64,000 nt of DNA from an uncultured virus (IMG/VR IMGVR_UViG_3300028805_000071) (taxonomy: Duplodnaviria; Heunggongvirae; Uroviricota; Caudoviricetes). Shown here one piece after another: positions 1 through 12,700 of the stretch. Where the stretch lies: the IMG/VR virus record IMGVR_UViG_3300028805_000071. One strand, 5' to 3'. How positions within the stretch are numbered: position 1 is the stretch's first letter; each line of letters opens with the position of its first letter. The notes beneath the pieces were generated by a model. That model ran no database searches. It was given only the letters and a program-made list of their open reading frames with translations, and was not told the origin of the DNA. Position numbers and translations under genes: made by a program.

Positions 1-3000
1 CGATATGGCATTTTCTTGGTAGGATTATCAACTATATATTCACCTGCTGGAACTAATACTTTATCTATATTAGCGGCGTCGGTGCTATAATTACCATTTT
101 CATCAACATAGAGATAATAACTCATTACGTATTTATGAATACCAAATACTGCATAGAATGTATAATCATTTACGCCTTCAGTTAATTCAAATGAATTCCA
201 ATTATTATATTGTTGACTTGGTAATAATGCAGCAGAATTGGCATTATTAGTTGTAACTAATAAGCGACCTTGACTAGCTTCATACCAATTATTAGGTAAT
301 GCCGCTACAGCACTTGGACTTAATGGCTGTGTACTCCAACCATAGAAATCGTATGAACTTCTTGTATCATATCTATCTAATTCAGCAGATGATAAAATAC
401 CAGAAGAAGCATCGGTAGGGTCAGGGAATCTTGTTTCACCAGCGCCCAATGTCTTTCTTGCTAATAAATCATATGTGCCGTCATCATTAAGTACGACATA
501 TTTAGCAGCAGGATGTTGTGTAACATTTGCAAAGAATAATTTTAAGTTTGGATAAGCTGAAGCAAGAGTGGTTTGTATTTCAACCTCATCCATTGGAGAT
601 TCATTGTTGATAAATATGATACCACTAATAATTGGAATTTCATAATTAGTTTCTGCTGTACTAATGAAATTGGTAGCGTTCTTTAAATTAAGAAGTAACT
701 GCGCGTCAGTAATTAAATTTTGCTTTGCAGTTAATAAATCTCTATCTAATCGATAAAGTTCGCCATTCTTAATACAAAGATTCCAATTATCATAAGTTGT
801 ATGAGTGTATTCCTTAAATCCATAGTGGCCATCATCAAGCCAATATTCATGATTTGCAGCTGCGTCAGCATCGTACTCAGTTCCAACATCAATTTGTTTA
901 TATGGACTCCAATCAACTTCAGTAATTGTTACTTTAGATGAAGGAGAACCACTACGAGCTTGATAATAATTATTTAATAATACATAACTATCATAACCTA
1001 AGCAATCCCCAATCAATGATAATTGTTCAATCTTGCTAGTATAAGTACCACCTTGTGACGGCTCTGTTAAGCCTGGAATATAAAGTCCAGGGGTTACATC
1101 AACTGGAGGTGTTGCACCGTCCTGTCTAGGCACATATTGAGTAACAATATTATTTAATTTAGTTGCTTCAACTAAATTAAGTGTTTTAATTGTTTCGGGC
1201 AGGTATAATGTTTGTAAAGCTACTCCATCTGCAAATGTTATATTAGTAATATTAGAACCAATTGCTCTAAAATCTTCTAATTTCTCACAACTTGCAAAAT
1301 TATAGGTGGGCGCAGTATCATTAAACTTAATATAAGACATATTAACTTTCTTTAATAATGGCATACCACCGTTATCTGTAGCAGAATTACTTGCGTGAAT
1401 ACCATACATATTGATATTATCATTTGCATAATGGTCACTATTTTCATCAAGACCATCATATCCTAATAATAAATCAGTCATTTTAGTTGCGCTACCTTCA
1501 ATATTAAATTCAGTCCAATAGAGTTTACTCATATCTCCTAAACTCTTCATTTGGTCTAAACCATATACATAGTAGAGTTGTTCATGGTAACCGCCACTAG
1601 TACGAACACCATTCTCAAGGTCTGGTGTTTCAAATTTAACCGGCCCTTCAATATTGGTATATTTTAATGATGGGAAGTTAGCTGTATCAGTACCAACAGT
1701 TACATAAGAATTTCTTACTGGCTCCATCGTAATCCAATATTCACCATCAAACATATGGGTTTTCTTTGTTTTAGTAGAATCTGTCCAATAAGGAACATTA
1801 GTAATTAATGCTGGTTCTGTATTTTTATTTTCTCCCTCAATCCATTTATCAGAGGTGTTAGATGGACTATTAGCAGCAATACGTCCTCTAATAATATTAG
1901 TACCACCACGTTCATAGTTACCTTGATTCAGCCAAGAATCAATATAATTAAAACGATTAGTTAAGAACTGCTGTCTAGATAAGCTTCTATCACCTTGTAA
2001 TGCATAGAAATAAGTACCATTATCATATCCGGTACCACCATTACGGTCTTGATAACCAACAGCGGCATTGGTAATGCTAATATACTTAAAGTACTCATCT
2101 AAGTTGAAAGCAATTAATGGTCTTTCGCCTTTCATAGCAATACTATTGCTAACAGTCGGGTCAGCGAGATACCATTTTTCAATTCTGTCCACGGTTTGAA
2201 GCGGTGCATGAGTTAAAGTACCATAGGTAGATTCTTTGCCTCTTAATTGTCTATATTTTTGAATAATTTGGCTTCTAAAGTTCTTATAAGATTATTCCAA
2301 AGAATACTATCATTTGTTGAGAATGTACCATTTTCAGTAGCATCAACATAATATTCAAATGAAGGAATACCAGTATTATTAATACCTAATTGAGTATCAA
2401 TATCATAGAACATTGGATACCAAATATAATCTCCGCCTTCTTGCTGAGGACCCCAGCTACCAAACATAGCATTTTTACCACGGGAGTCATAACATTCAAA
2501 TACTTCAGTCATAATGAAATAAGTAACTAAATATTCAATATTAAAATGCTTACTTAAATCATTTGTGAATTTAGCATTACGATATTCTTTGGTATCATAA
2601 TTATAAGTACGACCATTATAAGTTACTGGTTCTGCAAGTGGTTGTGCGCCAGAATGCGCTTCATCAGCATTGAAAATAAAATATTCATACTCACTATTAA
2701 ATACTGTATCTGGGTCTAAAACTTTATCTCCTAAAGGAGTAGAAATGTAGAAAGTATTTGGAGCATATACATATTCCTCTCGGTCACAAAGCTTAATAGC
2801 TTCTTTACTATCGCCAGCGCCAGTATAATATGTTTTCTGAGCATCATAATCTTCAGATGTATCTAAAACATAATGACTTTCAGCATCTAAAATATAATAA
2901 GTATCAGGTGCATAAATAGCAACACCAACATCAGCTGCTTCATAAGTACCAGCAGACGGAACTGCATCTTGGTCAGTACTATATACCCAACGAACTGCTC

Positions 3001-6000
3001 TTTCCCAGTTTGAATAAGTATTTAATAAAGCATCATATGCGTTTTGCATACCTTGAGTAAAGTTTGCATACTTACCATCTGGAGCAGTAATAATTGCAGG
3101 GTCTTGTATATCGACGCCCATTTCATCTTGTACTGTTTTAATTGAACCAGCATCGCTAATAGTCGAACTTAAATCATAAATGACATCTAAAGAATCTGCC
3201 TTATCATGATAACGATATTCCCAATAGTCAGCTACAATTGGAGCTCCTTTAGCGGTTAATTGACCAGTATCAAAGAACTTATCATCGGTTCTATTAGTAG
3301 AAGCGTCTCTGAAAGAACAGAAACCACGAGAGTTATTTTCTGCCTCCCAGCATTCAGCAACTTTACTAACCTTAACTGGCTTGCCTTTCTTTGTAACAAA
3401 CTTTTGATAAATTTCGTCTATTGGCTTAAAGCCGTAGGCTTCGTCTGACCCTTTATCTAAAAGCATGTTATAACGACCGATAAATCTAATACCAGTACTA
3501 TTACCTTGCGCATCTGTAGTTTGATGGAATGCTAAAACAGGGAAACCTTGTACAGATGTTCTATAATCATTTAAATAACTAGGTGTTTCAGCTTGTACAT
3601 AAACTGTAGCAGCTGTATACCATTTATTATAGAATTGATTACTTGTATCAGTACATACTTTAGTCTGACCAGCACTCTGCGCATATGCAACAGGGCCTAA
3701 TGCGAAATCTTCTGCACTAGCAATCTTTAATTCATCATCTACCGTATTTTTCCAGTTACCCTTATGATTTACATACCAATAGGTTGTACCATTTTCATAA
3801 GTGGTTGCTTGAGTATATTCGGTTTCTGCTTTTTGGAAAGCACCAGCATCATAATAATCTTTTAATGGGTGATGTGTATAAGCATTCTTTACTAAATTAG
3901 CAAAGCCCATATTATATGTACCAGAAGATTCCATATAATCAATCTTTAAGGTAAATTTAGTAGTACCAACAGTATTATTATCATAATAGAACCAATCAAG
4001 ATGTGATTGTTTCTTTTCAGCTTCATCAGATGAAGCATAAAGTTGTGTGAATGGCCCTCTGTTCATATACATCTGTACAACTTTTGTTTCAGAGGGGTCT
4101 CCTGGTGTTACTGTCTTTGTCTTTGCTTTATAATTTCTACGAGGATAGAACTCAGATGAAGTGCCTTGTACAGACATTTCAACGTGGTCAGCTATCCAAG
4201 ACGGACAGTGATGTATATAATAATCTTCAATAGTAGTATTAGCTCTTTCAGCTAATTCTCCTAATTCGCCGGTTGCATATGCACGCTCAAGACCGGTATT
4301 AACAAACTCAACCTGGACATCCTTAATTTTTTTAGATTTACTATATGGTAAAACATTACCATCAGCATCTTTAGTAGTAAAAATCATATAAGGCATAATA
4401 TATCCATCAGGATGAGCTGCATTATATGCAATCATATTCTCATATTTTAATTGAGATTCATTGATAGAATTATTAACAACTGCCAATTGTGATAAATCAT
4501 ACGCAACGGGGTCTTTTAAATCAACCGTATAGTTAGTTAAAACAGCGGGCAGAGTTAATGGCTGATTATAAACTCTAATTTTATAGAGGTCAAAATCGCA
4601 ATATTTAGAATCAAATACTAATGTTAATTCATTATTGCTGTCGCCAATACTCCATGCTTCATTAACGGTAGAACGAGCAACTCCTGTTAACATACCATTT
4701 AAATAAATAGACATTAATTTGTTGCTACCGCTTTCTTCGCCAGTACCATGAGAATAAACAATTGTTAAATTAATTAATTTATCTTCTACGTATGATACGT
4801 TAACTGTATCAACACCATTTGTGAATAAGGCATCTTGTGCGCCAATACAAATACCGTGTTGACCATCATAATACTTACCAGCTGCATAGGCAGTACTTAA
4901 TAACTTATCAGTTTTACGATATTCAATATCATCATATGAAGGTGGCCAAGTACTATCTGGGAATGCCTCTTTATGAGCTGGTAAATACCATTGTAAGAAA
5001 GCATCGTAGTTATCATACTCTTTACCATTGCTCCATGTTTCATTTAAATAACTTTTATTATTAAAAGTCTGGTATACTTCTTCATCATTCCAACTAGGAT
5101 ATGTTGGATATCTATCATCAGTATTACCTTTATAACGAGTAATATTATGAACAATATTACTATAGTCTTGAACATTACGTACTTTAAACTGGAATTCAAA
5201 AGTATGCGATTGAGCACTATTATTTGAAGTAGCAAATCTAGTTTGGCCAAGAGGCACACTAAATACAGCGCCATTACTTACTCTTAAACAAGTATTACCA
5301 GTATCTTGGTCAATTACCCAACCATTATTATACCAGTTAAAGTTTTCAAATTTAGCTGTGATAGTATTACCATCTTTATTTGTATAACTATATTTAGCTC
5401 TATTTGTACGAGATTCACTATTACTGCGACCGCTAGCGTCAAATAAAAAACGTAATCCAGCCGTAGAAAGTTTCATACCGGCACGATTAGGGTCTTCGAC
5501 AACAGTAAATTGAATATCTTTACGCGTTTCGTTATCTTCTACTCCGCAAGTAATACTATAATGGTTAATTTCATTTAAACTGCCATCAACAATTTCCCAA
5601 GTAGAAAATTGTGTTTGGTCAGTAATAGTTCTTGACCCAATTTTATTACTATCTTTAAATAAAGTAATTTCTGCTCCAAGAGTGGCTGTGGGGTCATAAA
5701 CTCTAAATGGAATTTTTATTGAATCATATTCATAATATTGGGACTGATAATCACCAAGCCAAATAATTGCTTTATTATTACCGGCTTCAGCAACTGCAAT
5801 TTCCATTTCAATAGGAGGAGCTGCTGCATTTAAATCAGCTTTACCATTAATATATTGGTAAAGTTCAATACGCACTTTATGAGAACCATGAGTTGCAAGA
5901 TTAGATGGTACTGTAAAACTTTGTTCTGTAGTTGCGTTTGACCCATTATAGAGAATTACATTTCCTTGAGGATTTAAGCATTCTTCAATACCATTATTTT

Positions 6001-6889
6001 CAAAATAATAATATAATACCTTGTCTGTTGCGCCAACAACAGTGCAATAAATAACAACACCCTCAGGGCTATAGTAATTTACATTACTAAAGTTTGGATG
6101 TTTTAATAATTGCAGTTCAGAGGTAAAGAATTCATACGCAATTTCTCTGCTTTGTTCACTTGCGCTACCCTTAACATACATCTTTAAAATATTATGGGTA
6201 GAAAAACGAGCTTTAGTACCATACTCAAAATGTTCCCAAACAGGGTTTTCCTCATCTGTAGTTCCTACAATGGGGAAATTTCCTTGAGCATATTGTGTTA
6301 TTATACCGGTATCAGCCGCTTGTTCTGAGAGAGTCCAATATACTGTTAATTTTTCATCAAGATAACTTCCATCAAGCATATCTCTACCTGAAATAGCATA
6401 AATATCAATAGAAGCTGTACTTCCATTAATTAAATAATTAGATGTCGGGTCTACTTTATTTAATTTTGCTTTTTCAGAATAGATAACGCCACCGCCACCA
6501 CCACCTGAACCACTAACAGCAATAAGTGTAACAGTAACAAGTGCAGTGTCATCGTTATAACTGATTACTCTGAAGAAACGGCCATCTGAATTAAGGAGCA
6601 AATCATCAGGTTTAGGTGCGACGGGTGTTTCAAATGTTTCTAATGGAATAGTATATAATTTGCTACCCTCTTCATCATCCACTCTGACAACGTCTGCTTC
6701 ACTTGCGTTCGTGTAGTGTATTCCAGAACTACCAGAACCTCCCATGGTATGACGCGTGCCTTCAGCATCAACATAAATATTCCCAGTATCTGTAGCAAAA
6801 TAAACGTATCCATCTGCTACAGCCTGCCGACGTATATTTTCTTCATGACCTCGCACAGGACTGAACGGAATTTTGTTGTTTTCGCTCAT
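1..6889 (-). CDS. Giant virion-associated protein (>2290 aa, runs off the window edge): N-terminal fibre docking motif, CotH-kinase-like domain, LRR-like C-terminal part; single -1 frameshift at ~2288
   Basis: ATG at 6889 with AAAGGAG RBS. Kinase-like motif YDSRGKNAMF...WYPMFYDIDTQLG. Track frame stops at 2243, but the -1 frame (YKNFRSQIIQKYRQLRG...) appears open from 2288 to the window edge and contains LRR-like LEDFRAIGSNITNITFADGVALQTLYLP. Confidence 0.75.
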
Positions 6890-6917
6890 TATGAATGTCT
6901 CCTTTCTTGTTATAATC

Positions 6918-6960
6918 AAAAAAAATCGGGAAGAAAATATAATAATATATTTTCTTCCCG
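6918..6960 (-). terminator. Intrinsic terminator-like hairpin
   Basis: Inverted repeat CGGGAAGAAAATATA / TATATTTTCTTCCCG followed by a T tract on the minus strand. Confidence 0.6.
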
Positions 6961-6983
6961 TAAAAGACTTATATATTATCTTC

Positions 6984-7030
6984 CTAATATAACATTAAAA
7001 AGATAAACTATAAATTAAAGTATGTTGTCC
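6984..7030 (-). promoter_or_regulatory. Candidate phage late promoter motif, copy 1
   Basis: GGNC-N6-CTWT-N2-TT-N14-TTRA-N2-T-N3-AWTAG; same 47-nt geometry as three other intergenic copies. Confidence 0.55.
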
Positions 7031-7038
7031 TTCTAAAA

Positions 7039-8712
7039 TTAGAATGAACCCCAAACAATATCAGCATTAATATTATTTGTGCTAGTATTAACACTCATCT
7101 CAATAGTAGAACCAGTAGAGCTAAGTGAGAAAGTTGCATTATCTTGTAAAACAACCCCGGCAGTATCTTCAACATGAACTGTAGGAGTTACAGTAATTAC
7201 GCTATTATTAATAGCAACTGGTGCGGTAACCTGTAAAGTGTCAGATTTTAAGGTTGTGTCAGTAACTGTTAATTCTTTAGTCTCTACTCCAGTTACATGG
7301 CCAGCGCCATCTACAAATACGTCGCTAACAGCTTTATAAGTAGCGTTACTACCTTTTGTTTGTGTTACAGCGGTTGCAACTACATCAGCGGCTTGTGTAA
7401 TAGTTGTATGATTAACAGTAAGAGTATTATTTTTATTCTCATTAGATGCGCTATCAGATACAGTAATGTATGTACCGTCACCATTAACGACAAGTTTTCC
7501 TGCCTTGCCGCCGCCTTTAGCGACTAATTCGACGCCATTTGTTACAGCGCCAAAATTATACGTAGTATCTACCTCGTCAGCACCTCTAACGATATCCCAT
7601 ACAAGGTCACTTTCAATTCTACCGCTAGAACCTTCAGTACCACGTGCGATAATTAAATCTCCCGGCTCAGCTTTTACAGTTCCATTACTAGTAGTAACAC
7701 TAATTTCATCAACAACTTTATAAGTATCACCAATTTGAGGACGAGTATCAGGAGAACCACTAGCTGGAGCTGTGGTTGTAGGTACTGCTGTAGTAGTACC
7801 ATTAGTAGCTCCAATAGTGCCCTTATATACCATTGCATTGAGTCCAGTTAAGCTGTTATCAATTTCCTCTTTTGTGTAAACAGGTAAATTCATATTACCA
7901 TTTACAAAATGATAATTTGTGCTACTATTATTACCTAATGTAATAGTCGGGTCAATAGTATCATTTGCGCCCTGTCCATTAGCGCCAGTAACAGTAACTT
8001 TAAATCCATTTCCATTACTTGCTACTGGAGCAACATCTACAGCAGAAACGCCACCTTGGTCACCAGTAATTGTAATAGTGCCATTAGCAGCGCTATCTTC
8101 TAATGTAATAGCAGTACCAGCAACAAGTTTAACTTTTCCGCCATCAACAGCTAAAGTGTGCACATCTCCAGTATCAGGATTTAATTGTAATGGAGTTGCT
8201 TCTTTGCTAATAGTTACAGTATCTGTAGCGCTAGATGTAACGTCAATACCAGTGCCAGCAGCAATCTTAAGTGTTGTGTCGGGATGGCCGCCACCCTTTT
8301 TGTTTGCTGTTAATTTAATAGTAGCAGTATCGTTAGTTGCTGTTACTGCAGTTGTTAAGCTTTGTACAGAGTAATCATCGGCTGGCATATTAACTTGTTG
8401 CCACCTTGCGCCGGCGCCATCAGTTACAGAAACTGCAAAAATATTACCCTCTGATACATAAGCAAACTCTCCAATATGGTCAGCTGCATTAGGTAAAGAC
8501 TTTAATTCTTGGATTAAATTAATTCTTTCACCGAGCGGTACCAGCTGGTAATCAGGTGCTACATCAGTACCTTTATTAACTACATTATATAAACGTTCAG
8601 TATCAGTGGTTAAATAGAAAGCTCCTTCATTAGCAGCACTAGGAGTAACATTTGCCTTTAAACTAGCTTCTAAACCACGATAAAATTTTACATATTTCTT
8701 ATTATCAGGCAT
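7039..8712 (-). CDS. Tail fibre / receptor-binding-like protein (557 aa)
   Basis: Thr/Gly/Val-rich beta-type sequence; N-terminal YVKFYRG...GAFYLTTDTERLY fibre motif; RBS GAAGGGAG. Confidence 0.7.
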   Translation of the reverse strand: MPDNKKYVKFYRGLEASLKANVTPSAANEGAFYLTTDTERLYNVVNKGTDVAPDYQLVPLGERINLIQELKSLPNAADHIGEFAYVSEGNIFAVSVTDGAGARWQQVNMPADDYSVQSLTTAVTATNDTATIKLTANKKGGGHPDTTLKIAAGTGIDVTSSATDTVTISKEATPLQLNPDTGDVHTLAVDGGKVKLVAGTAITLEDSAANGTITITGDQGGVSAVDVAPVASNGNGFKVTVTGANGQGANDTIDPTITLGNNSSTNYHFVNGNMNLPVYTKEEIDNSLTGLNAMVYKGTIGATNGTTTAVPTTTAPASGSPDTRPQIGDTYKVVDEISVTTSNGTVKAEPGDLIIARGTEGSSGRIESDLVWDIVRGADEVDTTYNFGAVTNGVELVAKGGGKAGKLVVNGDGTYITVSDSASNENKNNTLTVNHTTITQAADVVATAVTQTKGSNATYKAVSDVFVDGAGHVTGVETKELTVTDTTLKSDTLQVTAPVAINNSVITVTPTVHVEDTAGVVLQDNATFSLSSTGSTIEMSVNTSTNNINADIVWGSF

Positions 8713-8730
8713 TTATTTTATCTCCCTTCA

Positions 8731-9585
8731 TTAATTTCCTTCAGATTCAGAAGGAGTTTCTTCTTCATCTGAAACACCTTGCCATTTCAAACGATTATCA
8801 ATCACATCGATTTGTGATTGTAAATCAGTATCTTTTGCTTGAAGTGCGGCAAGAGCACTTTCAAGGTCTGCAATATCTTGCGTATTATCAATTTGTTGAC
8901 CTTGTAGTGTCGCTAATTCGGTCTCTAAATCAGCCACATCACCTTCAACAATAGTTAATCGATTATTTAAATCGGACGCACTATCTGGATGGTCATTAAT
9001 CCATGCGGCAATTTCTTGTAAGGTATCTAAATCTTCCGGCGCTCCTGCAACAAGAGATGCCACTTCTTCAGCAGCAACCTCGCGCATTGACTTATTGGTA
9101 TCCGACCCAACAATTGCTGTGGTAACAGCTTGTAAATCACTAATATCTTGTCTTAATTGACTGACATCAGCTGAAGGCGGAGTAACCCAAGTGCCATCGC
9201 CTCTTAAAAATTTACCTTCATCTCCTGCAAGGGGTTGTGGAACTAATCCACTTGCTCCATCTGTAGAAGCTGTAGCTCCCGTCATTTCAGAAAAACCGCT
9301 GACGGAGCCAAGGATTTCGCTTAATGGTTTATTAATCCATTTTTCTTGCGTTCCATCATAAATTAATAATGAATTAGCAGTTATATTATTACTTAATAAT
9401 ATATCTTCTAAATCATTCAGCTCATTTGACCCAACAGATGCAATTAAAACATCCCCTAAATACAGTTTACCTAATGTAGCGCCTTCCTCCATTATGAAGT
9501 ATAAGCTATCAGGGTCTTTAACTGCAAGCGCAGTAAACATTGCCGGAGTTCCACGTCTAAACTTTACATATCTCTCTAAAGCCAA
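8731..9585 (-). CDS. Fibre-like protein with C-terminal coiled coil (284 aa)
   Basis: TTG start with GGAGG RBS; YVKFRRG N-terminal motif; GLVPQP..GDEGKFLRGDGTW and GAPEDLDTLQEIA motifs typical of phage fibres. Confidence 0.7.
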   Translation of the reverse strand: MALERYVKFRRGTPAMFTALAVKDPDSLYFIMEEGATLGKLYLGDVLIASVGSNELNDLEDILLSNNITANSLLIYDGTQEKWINKPLSEILGSVSGFSEMTGATASTDGASGLVPQPLAGDEGKFLRGDGTWVTPPSADVSQLRQDISDLQAVTTAIVGSDTNKSMREVAAEEVASLVAGAPEDLDTLQEIAAWINDHPDSASDLNNRLTIVEGDVADLETELATLQGQQIDNTQDIADLESALAALQAKDTDLQSQIDVIDNRLKWQGVSDEEETPSESEGN

Positions 9586-9665
9586 GGTAAGTTTTCCTCC
9601 TTTTTAAATTTTATATATAAAGATTTAATAAAAAGATTTTTTCCAACCCACTCTTTTTATTTACT

Positions 9666-9712
9666 CTATTATAATTTCAATTTTAATCTACATAAAATAA
9701 AGGAGTTTGCCC
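9666..9712 (-). promoter_or_regulatory. Candidate phage late promoter motif, copy 2
   Basis: GGGCAAACTCCTTTATTTT...TTGAAATTATAATAG. Confidence 0.55.
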
Positions 9713-9733
9713 TAAAGCAAACTCCTTTTATTT
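9696..9733. terminator. Intrinsic terminator hairpin
   Basis: AAAGGAGTTTGC / GCAAACTCCTTT immediately after the stop at 9737. Confidence 0.65.
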
Positions 9734-9736
9734 AAC

Positions 9737-12700
9737 TTATGCTCCTTCATCAGGATTCTCTGGGTCTGTTGAAGCAGGATTAACGGTTACGTTAAACGTA
9801 GCAGTCTTTCCATTATATGTTATTGTTACCGGTACATTAGTTGCAGTATCTGTAGTAGTTAATTCTGCGCCATCCGCTGGTGTTGCACTGTATCCAGAAC
9901 CAATAGATTCAGATGGCCAGCCACCACTATAATCAGCTGTTATTACCATACCAGTTAAATTTAATGAATCTCCACTAGTATATGTTGTTTGTGGAAGTGT
10001 AGTAACACGAATTCCAGTTAATTCTTTTGGAGGGGTTAAAGCTGCTTGATTTTGCTCTACTATATAATTAATTACAGTTTCTAAAGTAATTGGATTATGA
10101 TTTATATCTTCACCAACATTAAATGTTTTAATTTGGTCTCAAGTTGGCGCAGCGTTTGCTACAGCTGTAGCAATACGGTCATTCACAGTTGTTAATGTAT
10201 TGTTGCTGTCTTTACCATTATTTAAGAAACGATATAATTTTTGAATAGCTGTATTAATAGTATCTTCAGAAGTAATTCCATAAAGCTGTTGATTAGTATC
10301 TGGTTCAGTAAATCCTGTTAATGGTAATCTTCCTACAGTTGTTTTAGTAGCAGATATAACGCCAGTAGTCGGTGCAATAGATAATGCACTAATTATATCA
10401 GCCCCGTTATCTGTATTATTAGAAACACTAATATCAGGAATCGTTACTCTATGAGAACCATTACCATTTGCATAAATATGTCCTTTATTATCAAATACTA
10501 AATCTACAATTGTAAAACTTCCGCCAAAAGTCGGATTTACATCTGACACAGCTGCAGAAGATACCATATTAGCGTCATCATGCGTAATACTTATCTTATC
10601 AGCGCTAATTGTAGTAGTCAACCAATTATCCCCATTAATCGCCAATGTATCATGAGTTGCGCTTGCCTCAGCAGTTACCCCTGAATTATCTCCAGTAATA
10701 ATACCATAACTATTTGGCATAGTTAATGTTTTAGTATCTAATCCACTATAATGTCCCGCTTCATCAAAACTATATGTTGGAATATTAAATGTAACTGCTG
10801 CAGAAACTCCACTAGATAAGTTTGCTGTAGATGTAGTTGGTGTAACAGAATGAATATCATGTGCGATTGTAATTGAATTATTATTATTATTTGTTGCCGC
10901 ATTAATTCTAATTCATTTATCACCAGAATTAATAGCTAATGTGTCTTGTGTATTATCAGCAATTGTGCTAGTTGATGATAATATCGATGAGGTTGCGCTT
11001 GTATTATTTCCGATACCGTTTGTAGTAATTGTTTTAAAACCATAAGGTAAAGTATATTCATGCGAATGAATACCACTAACATGTCGTTTTTCATCAAATT
11101 CATAATCAGGAATATTAATTATATTAGTCCCGTCATTTAAATTTGTGCTATTTGAATTAGACGTACTTATTGCCGTGGTCGGTGTGATATGTTCAATAGT
11201 AATACTAGGGGTATCATGGTCAGGATTTATCGATAAATTAACTCATTGGTCTCCACCGCCAATACGATTAGGTCTATGTTCAATATCAAGATTATTAATT
11301 GGCGCACTATGCATTCTTCCATAATCATCAATAACAACAGTTTCACCAGCTTTAACCGTAGCAAAATTATTGGTTAAATCTTTTAAAGTATTAATAGCGC
11401 CATGCACTGTATCAGTATCTCTAGTATCATCAGCGCCGAATAATTTATGTGTCTCAAGAAGTAAACCATTTAAAGTATTTTTATCACGAGCATATCCTTC
11501 TAACTCTTCAAATACTTGCTTATCTTTTAACCAGCATAATTGAACACCATCTGGTACATCAATATTAGGATTCCACTCTAAATATTGGGGGAAAATATTA
11601 TTCTCATCAAACATGACGTGTTTATTAAATCTTTCATAATAATGAGTATCATTATTAACCCCATAACTTTCATTACTTAATAAATAAGTTTGCCCATCAT
11701 CACCTGTAATATCGCCATGTTGAGCATCGCGCAAATAATACTCGCCCGGAATATAAAATGAGTATTTTGTCTTCTCTGGGTCTTTTGTTTTAGCAAAATA
11801 AGTCCTATCTGCTGTTTTTATATAACTCTTATCTTTTATGATATCTCCAATAACAGGAGTATCTTCTCCATTCATTTTAATAATTAATGAATTATTATTA
11901 TCTTCTGTTACTATTGGCTTAGATACATAATAATAAGTGCCAGGAGCATATAAACTAATTGGTTGCGTATCTCCCAATGTCCATAATTGTAATGAAATTC
12001 CTTCAATATCAGATAATGTATGTTGAGCAGCCGACCCAGAAGTTCCAGTATCGCTATCATTGCTCCAAATATTTTCATAAATATCAGAAGTTACTCTACT
12101 ATATCTATGACTTGCGGCATCATAAGTATAATATGGACCATCCACATTTAATTTACGCACCCTATGAGTAACATTAATATAAACACTATCTTGACCAAGG
12201 GCATTAGTTTCAATAAGGTATAATTCATAGTGCTGATTACTTTGAGGGTCGGTGACTCATGATGAACTTGTATCTAATATAATTTGCCCAGTAGGTTCAG
12301 GTAAACTTCCATCTTGCGGAGTTGTCATTTCTAACTTATAAAAACGATTCGCTGCAAATCAAATTATGCTAGCTCCATTCGCAACACGCTGCCATGCTGT
12401 CGCTGGTATCTTATAATATTGGCGTCCAGCAGTTGGTAATTCATTTGTATCTAAAATATAATCATCGCCCTCCATATAATAATAGGTGTTCTTCACATAT
12501 CCCTCAGGCGGAACATCTACCTGAGTAAAAGAACTCCTTAAAGTAGGCTGATTTGTCTCAGAATTAATCCATTGATAATACTTTTTATTTTTCTTAAAAT
12601 CCGATACATTTCTAACCAATAAATAATTTTCGCCATATTTATCAAAATAAGTCGCAGGAATTGGTTCATGCACATCTGTTGGCTCAAAATGCGGCAACGG

